NCBI GenBank assembly: GCA_037131955.1
Contig: JBAXQC010000001.1
Span: 46,366-110,365, forward strand
Direction of reading: 5' to 3'
DNA: 64,000 bases
Origin: Bacteroidota bacterium
GTDB taxonomy: Bacteria > Bacteroidota > Bacteroidia > UBA4408
The notes beneath the pieces are model-generated. The model saw only the letters and a program-made list of their open reading frames with translations. It was not told where the DNA came from and did not search any database. Numbering within the stretch: position 1 is the stretch's first letter; each line of letters starts with the position of its first letter. Positions 19,485-30,500 of the stretch are shown one piece after another. Position numbers and translations under genes: made by a program.

Positions 19485-21410
19485 CTATTTTATTTCAAAA
19501 ATATGTAATTGACAAATTTTAGGATTCAACTCCACATAATTCCATTCTTTATCCCAAACATATTTTTCTCCGGAGATTAAATCTTTTACTTCTACACCAG
19601 CATCTTTCAGAGATAATTGATTTTTTGGTAATTTACAAAATCCAGATTGCGTGTGTTCGGGATCGAGGTTAATAATTATGTATAATTTATTGTCTCCCTC
19701 TGTTTTTATAAAACTTAATAGTTGAGGATTATCGTTTTCGCAAAAGTTAATGTTATTTGTTTTTTGCAATGCAGGATTTTCTTTTCTAATCGTATTTATT
19801 TGCGAAATTAATTTTCTAAAAGGAGTAATTGTTTGCCAATCCCAATTACGAATTTCGTATTTTTCTGAATTAAGATATTCTTCCTTTCCAGGCATAGGTA
19901 AGGTTTCCAATAAATCATAAACCGGCCCGTACATTCCATAATTTGAAGAAAGAGTTGCTGCTAAAACAAATCTAACTGCAGATAGTTCTAATCCCTTGTT
20001 TTGGATGTAATACGGTAAAATATCTGGTGTATTGGGCCAGAAATTTGGTCTAAAATAATCTTTCAATTCTCCCATGGTAAGTTCGTTCATGTAGTCCGTT
20101 AGCTCCTGCTTGCTGTATCGCCAAGTAAAATATGTATAAGATTGCGTAAAACCTAGCTTGGCTAAACGTGCCATAATTTTAGGACGTGTAAATGCTTCAC
20201 TCAAAAAAATTGTTTCAGGAAATTTTTTCTTTACCTCATTTATTACATATTCCCAAAAAATAAATGGTTTGGTGTGAGGATTGTCGACTCTAAAAATTTT
20301 AACTCCTTTTTCTGACCAAAATAAAAATACCGACTTTAATTCTTCCCATAAACTTTCCCATGCATTTGTTTCAAAATTAAATGGCAAAACATCTTGGTAT
20401 TTTTTTGGAGGATTCTCTGCATACTGAACAGTTCCATCTGGTCTCCACTTAAACCATTCTGGATGTTGTTTTACGTATGGGTGATCTGGCGAAGCCTGAA
20501 ATGCAATATCTAATGCAATATCTATATTTTTTTTTGTAGCATACTTTATAAGTTCCTCAAAATCTTGCATTGTGCCTAAATCTGGATGAATTGCTTTGTG
20601 ACCTCCCAGCTCATTGCCAATAGCCCAAGGTGAACCGGGTTCACCAGGCAAAGACGTGGTTGAATTATTTTTTCCCTTTCTATGGCTGTTTCCAATTGGG
20701 TGGATTGGTGGAAAATAAATAACATCAAATCCTAATTTGTGTACAAAGTCAACAGCTTTTTTGCAATCTTTAAATGTGCCATGTTTGCCAATTTCACTGG
20801 ATGTTGATCTTGGAAAAAATTCGTACCATGAACTAAATTCAGTTTTTTTGTGTTCAACTTTTACTTCTTGCGTAACTCCGTAAACCGTTGAATGTTCAAT
20901 TATAGGATACAATTTGATTATTTCTAATAAATCCTTTTCTTGCAATATTTCAATAGCTTGGTTATATTTTTTAGAATCACTAAAAATTAAAATAATTTCT
21001 TTTACTTTTTTTAGATGTTCCCCTTTTGCTTTCTTAGCTATTTTCAATAAATGTTCCTTGCCAATTAAAATCTCAACTGTTATGCTTTCCTCTGCCGCAA
21101 TTTTTTTGATTGTAGATTTATACCAATCCAAAGGATGATCTACCCATGCTTCCACAGTAAAAAAATAACTTCCAATTTCTTCCACTAAAAAACTACCTTC
21201 CCATTCATCATTTGATTTGTGATATAAAGCAGAAAATCTCCACGTTTTTTGCTTTCCATATTTGTACAATATTCTTGCATTTATTTCATCGTGCCCATCT
21301 CCAAAAATGTGAGATTTAATTTCGATTTTATCGCCAATTACTTTTTTTAAATAGAATTTTCCATCGTTTACCGTTGGAAATACAAATTCAATAAGTGCTC
21401 TGTTTTTCAT
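19485..21410 (-). CDS. glgE: Alpha-1,4-glucan:maltose-1-phosphate maltosyltransferase
   Basis: WYEFFPRS, YAENPPKKYQD, FRVDNPHTKP, EAFTRP and NTPDIL motifs. Confidence 0.93.
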   Translation of the reverse strand: MKNRALIEFVFPTVNDGKFYLKKVIGDKIEIKSHIFGDGHDEINARILYKYGKQKTWRFSALYHKSNDEWEGSFLVEEIGSYFFTVEAWVDHPLDWYKSTIKKIAAEESITVEILIGKEHLLKIAKKAKGEHLKKVKEIILIFSDSKKYNQAIEILQEKDLLEIIKLYPIIEHSTVYGVTQEVKVEHKKTEFSSWYEFFPRSTSSEIGKHGTFKDCKKAVDFVHKLGFDVIYFPPIHPIGNSHRKGKNNSTTSLPGEPGSPWAIGNELGGHKAIHPDLGTMQDFEELIKYATKKNIDIALDIAFQASPDHPYVKQHPEWFKWRPDGTVQYAENPPKKYQDVLPFNFETNAWESLWEELKSVFLFWSEKGVKIFRVDNPHTKPFIFWEYVINEVKKKFPETIFLSEAFTRPKIMARLAKLGFTQSYTYFTWRYSKQELTDYMNELTMGELKDYFRPNFWPNTPDILPYYIQNKGLELSAVRFVLAATLSSNYGMYGPVYDLLETLPMPGKEEYLNSEKYEIRNWDWQTITPFRKLISQINTIRKENPALQKTNNINFCENDNPQLLSFIKTEGDNKLYIIINLDPEHTQSGFCKLPKNQLSLKDAGVEVKDLISGEKYVWDKEWNYVELNPKICQLHIFEIK

Positions 21411-21456
21411 ATTTTTATTCTTGGTGTTAAAATTACACTATGATTTTAATAATTCC

Positions 21457-21485
21457 AAAAAAAAGGGAAAGATTTCTCTTTCCCT
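21457..21485 (-). terminator. Rho-independent terminator after the giant gene
   Basis: AGGGAAAGA-gaaa-TCTTTCCCT-T run on the minus strand. Confidence 0.75.
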
Positions 21486-21511
21486 AATTCCATAACAAGT
21501 AAACAATTTTC

Positions 21512-24500
21512 TTAATTGCCGAATACTACCTTTTCATTTTTAACTTCTCCATTGGTAGTAAGTTGAACAACATAGGCTCCACTAAGGTTTTCTAAATTTA
21601 ATTGAGCTTTACTTCCATTGCTGCTGCTCATATTTTTGTATTCTACCAATTGTCCTAGGCTATTATAGATTCTCAGTTCGCTGTTGCCTGTACTTTTTGT
21701 TAAATCTAAAAACAGATTCCTTTGGCTAGAGTAAATAATACCTTGTGTTTCAGTATTTGAAGCACCTAATAACGCTTTTTTACTAAAATGTACAAAAAAC
21801 CTATTTCCGCTGTTGCCTTCAGTTAGGTTCACCTCGTATTTACTGTTGGCCCTCATGTCTTGAAACTTGCCTAGTGAGGCATCTTCTAAGTAAACATTGA
21901 TACTTGGGTCTATTGAGCTTAGTTCATTAAATTCTAGTTCTTTGCTTCCGCTGGTTTTTGAATTAATACTAACGGGAACAACTTTATCATGCTCAAAATC
22001 CTTGAACGTATTTATTGCCAAAGGATAATTATCAGTAGATAAGCTGTAGATTGAACTACTGTATATTGGCTCATTCAATAGCTTTTTTGCATCTGTTTGT
22101 AAATCGTATTCATCGTTACTTTCTCCATCGGTTCTAATTAATAATTCATCTCTTTCTGCACCATCATTTAGTTGTATTCTGCACTCATTTTGAGGTGTTG
22201 CAAAATAAACATACGATTGGTTAGTAGTTCTCATGCTATTGTTCATTAAAATATTTGTTGAACCTGGAACATTAGATATTACAAAAAACCCCTGACTGTG
22301 TGCCAATCTATCATTAGTTCCTGCTCCTATATTGTTTACCCATATTCCAGGGCCTGAGCTGTAAACTGCATAGTTTGTTTTATTCCAAATATAAACAAAA
22401 GGTAAAATCGTAGAACTGTTGGCTGCTACCATAGCATTTAAGCTAATTGGAGAAGGATATGGATTTCCTATTAAATTTAAACCATCATCAGTTCTCGTTA
22501 CAGGAATATTGTATAAGCCTGTATTAGCAGTTCCAACTACATCTATTAACCTGTTTTGCGGTATGGTTGCCATTATACCTAAGCCGGGTGACATTACTTT
22601 GGCAATACCGTTTACCCATCCTGGTGTTACAGCAGCAGTTAGTGTTTCATTAAACCACCAAGTACTAGGAAATTGAGTAGGTTGCGTTACATTAGGGTTG
22701 GTATTGTATACATAACCAACGGGTGATCCGTTTACAACAAAATTATCATTGTAATTTTGATAGACTGTACTGCCATTTGTAACAGGAGAAGCAATAGTAT
22801 GTGATGCAGGCAATGGATTACTTACAAAGCGTTGAACTCGAGTTCCGCCTGAAATACTACCTGAATAACCTCCACTAAAATCGTTGATAAATCCTGCTGT
22901 AGATCCGCTTGAAGTAATTACTAAATTATTGGAATTGGTGGTTAGTACTCCATTTTTTAATGCTAATTCTCTAGAAATACTCAAATTGCCAAGTGGAGCT
23001 ATTGAAACGCCAGAACTGTTGTTAATATCAATATTTACTGCAGAAACAATACCACTTACATTTTGAGGGAAAACTGAATTAAATTCAACAATTCCTGAAC
23101 CTGTAAAATTCCCATTTCCTTCTATATCTCCCTCCACTGTTAACTTTCTTCCTGATGCGATTGTAACTGTTGGGTTAATTGCGCCATTTGGAACAAATTT
23201 AATTTTTCTACAATTTGCATCCACGCTACTTAAGTTGGGCTGCGGGCTTGTTACTGCTCTTATTAGAATATCACGTGCGGAGTTTGGTAAAACTCCACCT
23301 GTCCAATTGCCAGGAGTATTCCAATTATTTGAAACCAAACCTAGCCATTGGTATAAAATAGGAGTATAGTTGTTTTCATAAGCACCAATATCAGTAGCAG
23401 TACCAATTCCTGCATATCCAACTGCTCCAAATCTTGGAACACCTATAGCATCTGTTGTAATACCCAAATTGCTAATTGTTCCACCACTTTCTATTCTTGT
23501 TTCGGTAACAGTATTTATTTTTAAGAAATTAGAATTAGAACCATCAACAGAAAGGAAACTTACATTTTCTGCAAAAGAACTATTTTCAAAACCAACAAAA
23601 TTTCTGTAGGCATTAAAACTTTGATAGTTGTTGGTTCCATCGCTGAAAATAAAGTTATTTGAAATTGTGGAATCAGAAACAAAATAGGCATTATTATTAG
23701 AAGTGTTTAACAATCCACCACTTGCTCCATTTCTTGTAAGTACTCTTACTCCACCGCCACTGGCTGCATTAGATCTGTTGATAAAAATATTGTTTCTCAA
23801 ATCTACAGGAACACTTGAATTAAAAGCAAAAGCACTTGAACCAAATGAACCGCCGCTACTTGAAGCCTGCAAATAAACGGAGTTGTAATAGAATTTAATA
23901 GAGGTGGCAGTAGTTCCATTTATGTTTATTCCTGAAATTGCATCACTTGAATTACTTGAAACTGTTGTAAAATCTCCAATTACAGAGTTAGAAACTACGC
24001 CTAGCAATCCCGCTTGTGTGGAAGTAATATTTATACCCTCCACTTTGCCAGAAACAGTTGCAAATTTTACAATTCTATTATTCTCCAAATTTAGGGAGTC
24101 AACGGTTACAATTCTAATTCCCTCAATTGAATCGGACGCTGAAGAGAAATTTGATAATGTATTTCCGGATATTCTGGCTTTGTTAGGTCCTCCACTTCCA
24201 CTACCAGTATGAAGAATTCCAAAGCAAGCTCCTGTACCAGTTGATGTGGATAAATTGCTTATTGTATTGTTTCTTGTAATTCCAATATTTGGACCACCCG
24301 AACCTGAACCAGTATGCAGTATTCCGTATGCATTACCGCTTCCAGAATTGGTTACATTTGAAATTGTATTGGATACTCTAGAAAAATTATTTGGACCGCC
24401 AGAACCAGAGCCTGTATGCAATATTCCAAAGGCATTTCCATTGGAAGAATTTGAAATATTATTAATTATGTTGCTCGAATTAGCGAAATTATTAGGGCCT

Positions 24501-27500
24501 CCAGAGCCTGAGCCTGTGTGTAAAATACCAAATGCTGAACCTGTTCCGTTACTGCTAACATTTTCAATAGTGTTAGTTGAACAATTTACAATATTCGGTC
24601 CACCTGAACCAGAGCCTGTATGTAAAATACCAAAAGCAGCTCCACCTCCAGTGTTTGTTATATTGGAAATTCCATTTCCAGTAATTGTTCTTGCTTGATT
24701 TAATCCTGGAGTAGTTGCGCTAGATTCGCTGTAAATACCGTAAGCCTCTCCGCCAGAACTATTAATAATAGCATTAATTGTATTTCCTAAATCAGTAAAA
24801 TGATTTGGACCTCCACTGCCACTTCCAGTATGCAATATTCCGTAAGATGAACCTGCTCCAGAATTTGAAATATTTACAATATTGTTGGTTGTAAAATAAT
24901 AGTTATTCGGACCTCCACTTCCACTTCCTGTATGCAGTATTCCATAAGACGAACCTGATCCGCTGCTAGTTATATTGTCTATATCATTTGAAGTGTTGTT
25001 TATATTGTTTGGACCTCCACTTCCACTGCCCGTATGCAAAATCCCATAAGCTGCACCTGCTCCACTGTTATTTATATCATCAATAAAATTATCATTTGTG
25101 GTCATAGAAGTACTTCCATTTCCAGATTCTTCATGAGCTATTGCATACACGTCGCCGGTTGAGGTGGTTTTTGAAATATTAAAAATATCGTTATTTTTTA
25201 TATTTTTAGTGTGTCCTCCACTTGAAGTTGTTGTATGTAAAATTCCATAGGCATTACCCGCGCCAGTTTGGGTAATATTAAAAATAGAATCGTTGTCTAC
25301 ACTTAAAATAACCCCATTAATTGCCTCTAGGGCATAGATAGAAGAATTTGATGTGTAATTATCCAAAGTATTTGTATTTGCAGAAATATCATTACCGTCG
25401 GCTATTGTTATACCCTTAATTGTTCCACCAAAAGCGGTAAAAGTTTTTATTTTATTTTGATTTACAATTTTATCAAAAGTAGTTCTGCCCGTAGTTAAAA
25501 TACCTCTTACATTAGAAACTCCAAAACCTGTTACATTTTTTATATAGTTTTTAACGATTCTTTCTACTCCAGCACCAGCTTGTATTTGAACTCCTCCGTT
25601 ATTACCTTGACTTGCCATTGCTACAAAACCTGCAACTGCATCATTGTAATAGACTGCCAATGTTCCGCCCGATCCAGTTTTTGAAATGTTGGTTATTGTA
25701 TTTTCTGATACAACAACAGAATCTGCACCTGAAGGATTGTAAATTACAAACATATCTGCAGGAGTTGATGAAGTAAAATTACGAACAGTATCTTTTAATA
25801 TATACACCCTTTCTGTTTCTGAAGTATTGTATATTCCATAAACATTGGCAGAGGTATTTATATTAACGTTGTTAACAATTCTGTTGGAATCTATTTGCAG
25901 TTTATAAATTTCTGGTTGAACATTTCTAATGGCAAAAAACTCTCCACTAGAACCTGCAGTTACCAGTGAATTTTGAATTACATTCTTTTTAATTCTTAAA
26001 AATGCAGAAGTTGAATTTAAACCGTTGTTGATAACCATCATTGGTTTATTTGTAATTGCTTGTTTAAGTGATAAAGTGTTTGATGCAATTACTGAATTAC
26101 CGCTCGTGTTTCCAATTACTGAAATACCACTTATATCTCCTTGTGTATTTTGACCGCCATTAGCAGTATTGTCAATTGAATTATTTCCAATCACAAAACT
26201 TGCTACGTTGTTTAATTGAACTCCAATGGTAGGCGTTGTATTTCCACCTAGGTTATTGAGAATATTACCATTTTGGCTTACAGCCGAATCTCCAACAAAA
26301 ATATTTCTTTCTAATAAATTAGATGAAGCAGAAGAAAAACCTCTTAAAATTACGCCCTTATTGACTTTTGTGATGGTATTTCCCCAAATTCTTATTTGAT
26401 CGAAGTTACCTGTTGGAAGTGTTGGTGTATAACTTTGTGTAGGATCAAAAGCATGATTACCCAAATAAATACCTGTAGAAGCGGTGTCAGCATTTTGTAA
26501 AAATATTCTACAATTTCTAATTGTAACATTTTGGCTTGCATCGTTATTTGTTTTTTTGAGAATTGCAATACCCCACTCCATTCTCTCAAAATTGTCGTCG
26601 TTTATTGGAGGATCCACAAAAATAATGTTTTGAATGGTAACGAAACTAGTTCCTACAATTCTTACCACACCATCGCGGTCTATTGTTCCACCTGGTCTTG
26701 CGTTAAAGGTGGGAAGATTGTTTGGATCACCTTGAAAAATTAATGGGTTTGCTGCGGATGGAGGATTGTTTTGCACATCAATTAAAATGTTTCCAAGAGA
26801 ACCAATATATCCTGGAGTAATATTGACTGTAACACCTCCAGCTCCCACTCCATTGGCATTTATGTTGTTTACAATTTCTTCTAGTGTTGAAACATCTGCC
26901 GGAAAATTAATTATTCCTGAAAGTGGAACAGCTGTTATGCTAGCAGCTGTAAAGAAATTGGAACCTGCTATAAAGTTTATATTGGTTGGAGAATTGAGTT
27001 GCAATGTTCCAATTTGCGTTGGTGTAACATAATTATAGTTTCCTCCAACGTTAAAATTGGCAATACCATTTGTATTGAACAATTGAAATAAGCCTTGTAC
27101 TTCGGAATTTCCATTTAATTCTGAAGCATTGTTTAAATAATCTATGGTTGCATTGGCGGTAATTGCAGATGGAGTTATTACTTCATAGACTCTTTTGATA
27201 CTTGATGTTGTTCCAACACCAACAATTGGCAAGGAGTAACGTCTTACTGCAACGTTGCCAATGTTTCCTGTAGTACTTTGTAATTCGATACCTAAATTTG
27301 AACCATCACTTAGGGTTGACGATAAAACATTTTGGGTATAACCAACATAACCTTGCCCATAAACAGGACTAGCTGATGTATTTATTATTTTAGAATCATT
27401 GTCCTCATTTACAATCAAGCCAGAGCCTGAAAGAGTAAGATTAAAATTATTTAAGTCTAAATCACCGTTAGAAGAATTGCTAAATTCAAGGTCATTGGCT

Positions 27501-30500
27501 ACGTTAATGTTAGAAAACAACTTGGCACCACCAGCACCTGCAAGTTTCAAAGCGTAGAAATTTCCTGAACCTAAAAAAGTAATGTTTTGTTCGGCTGCCC
27601 CCGTAAAAGTTATTTTTGATGAATTTGGAGTGAAAGTTGAACCTGCATTTAAAGTATAATTACCACCTAACTTTAGCTCTTGATCACCTGAATTTGATAA
27701 TACTATCGTTCCGTTGCCGGAATTTCCTATTGTTAAATTTCCAACTATCTGTAAAGTAGAAAAAAATTGATTTCCTCCGGTGTTTAAATCAACGGTGCTA
27801 CCTCCTTCTATGGTAAAATTATTGGTAACTTTTATTGGTGTGTTATCATTTACATCAAATGAAGCAAATTGCAATTGAGAATTGGTTCTTACAATTACAT
27901 TTTGAGGGCAACCTGGTCCAGATAAGGCAGACCACTCTGTGCCTCTTGAAATTGAACCATTTCCGGAATAAATTAAATAAGAACTTGCCCCATAAGAAGG
28001 TGCAATTGAACTATTATCAAAGGAAGAGGCATTTTTTAAAACTAAAGAATCACTAATGGTGTAGGCAGAATTTGTAAAAACTGCTGTTGCGTTATCTAAT
28101 GAAACCTTTTTAAATGAAATTGGGGTGGATCCATCAAAAGTAACATTTCCATTTTTAAATTCTAAATACCCTGTTCCAAGAAAACTTAAACTTCCGTTTT
28201 TTATAATGTTTCCAAAGGATGGCGGTAGACCAGTATATAAATTTACATCTACAATTAGTTTTAGATCATTTTGCACTACAAAATTTGATCCAGCTCCAAT
28301 GGTCATTTCACAAACAGAAATATCTACAGGGTGAACAGCGGCAACTCCTGTTCTATTGTATATTAATTTACTAAATTTTGCATTAGTTCCTGAAATTATT
28401 CCATTGGTAGTTCCTTGAATTATAAAATCGTTTCCATTTTGATTGAGAGTTCCATTCAGAGTAACATTACCGTTGTTTACGGTAAAACTCCCGCCAGACG
28501 ATGCTGAAAGATTTAATGTGCCATTAAGAATTAATGACGTAACTTGAGTATTGGCGGTCATATTTGAAGGGCTATTCATGTTTACAGATGCCCCACTTTG
28601 CACAATTAGTGTACCTGCAATGGCGGTGCTGGTAGCTACGCTTACACCATAATTAAGTGTAACACCAGAAGATATAGTAACATTAAAAGGGTAACCATAT
28701 CCTGAGGTTGCACTCCATTCTGCACCACGAGTTAATGTTCCTGAATTATAAAATAAAGTTGTACTGCCAGAATAGGCTGGTCCATTATTAACTACCGATC
28801 CGCCTGTATTTATGCTTAAATTGTTCGTAATGGTTGAAAGACTGTTCCCAAAATCAATTTGGGAAAAAGCTCCCACCCCAGTTAGATTTATTTGAGAAGC
28901 TCCCGATGTTGTAATAGTTAAGCTACCTGGTCCAAATGCATTTAAACTATTTAACGTTCTAGTTCCACTTACCCCTATATTTATGTTTTTGGCTGCTGTA
29001 TTGCCAAATCTAAGGGCTGTTCCTCCACCCATTGTGATATTTCCGTTGGTAAGAGCTAAAATATTTGCAGAAGAACCTCCTATCAATCTTAAATAAGAAG
29101 ATGAAGTACTAGTGCAGGTGACACTTCCTGCTGTTTTATCAATTTCTATAGCATGAATATCTGTAACAGTTGGCCAAGTAAAGGTTTGAACATTGGTGCC
29201 AATAAAAAATACTGTTCTGCTGTTTGATGCAATGTGATTGGTTCCAGTTCCGGTATATGTAAGGTTTCCGGCAATTTTTAAATCTCCTCCTGCCACAGTA
29301 GAAAGAGTAAGAATATCTCCGGCGGAAGCAAATGATAAGTTTCCTATTATTGCTCTATATAACGAACTTGCACCAAAATTAAGTGAGGTGTTATTTGTAA
29401 TATTTACATTAAATGGAACACCCACACCAGAAGTAGCATTGGTTGCCCATTCTGCGCCAGCAACATAGGCACCACCTGGCTGATAATTTAAGGTAGAAGT
29501 ATTGCTATAAATTGGAGGATTTGTATCTACATAGCCTCCTGTTCCTATACTTAAAAACCCATTTACTGTAGAAACATTTGCACCAAAGTTTATTCCACCT
29601 GTTGTAATTATTGAAACATTTGAAGCAAAATTTAACAAGGTAGTACCAGCAGCAACTACTGTTTTTACGCCACCATTTATGGAGAAGCTACCACCAGCAT
29701 TTGTACTATTTATATTTTTGGTAACGTTACCACTAATGTTGATGTTAGACGTTCCATTCATTGTTAGTGTTTGCCCATTCAAATCAAGTTGAATGGTATT
29801 AGTACCACTTAATGTAAGGTCATTATTTATTAGAACATTGGTAGCATCAGGTGCGGTATTATATAACTGAACTGTGCCAATAGTTTTATCAATAATCAAG
29901 TAATCGAACGTAACTGTTCCTGAACCAAATTTTATTATTTGTTGTGTTGCTTGAGTACCTGTAAATGTAACAGCTCTCCCATTTGGAGTAAAAGTAGCAG
30001 TAGAATATTGCCAAAAATTACCTGTTAATTGCAAATCACCACCAACGGCAGAAGATAATATTAGATTACCTTCCATTCTTAATCTACCACATTTTAGGAA
30101 ATTAGTCATTACACTACCTACTTGATTCATGTTAACAGAAGCTCCTGGATAGATATAAAAATCTTTGGCACATGTATGAGAGTTTGCAGGGTCAGCTCCA
30201 CCTAAATTCAATGTACCAGATTTTACAAATACATCATTTTGCGGATAACCTGGTACAGCGGTAATAGCGCTATTCCATTCTGTACCTCTATTATATAAAC
30301 CTCCAGTATTATATGACAATGTTGAAGTAGTTGAATAAATTGGAGGATTTACAGACACAAAGCCACCTGAGTTTATTTCCATTAGTCCGGTTACTGTCGT
30401 ATTTGATCCAAAATTGACACCCGTAGAGAGAAATACATTTCTAAGTGAACTTGTGCCAGAAATCGTATGTGTAGCCGCTCCACTAAAAACTAATTTACTT

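Noticed and set aside
23904-24698. Plus-strand ORFs with GPPEPEPV repeats
   Set aside because: Antisense shadow of the GILHTGSGSGGPN repeats.
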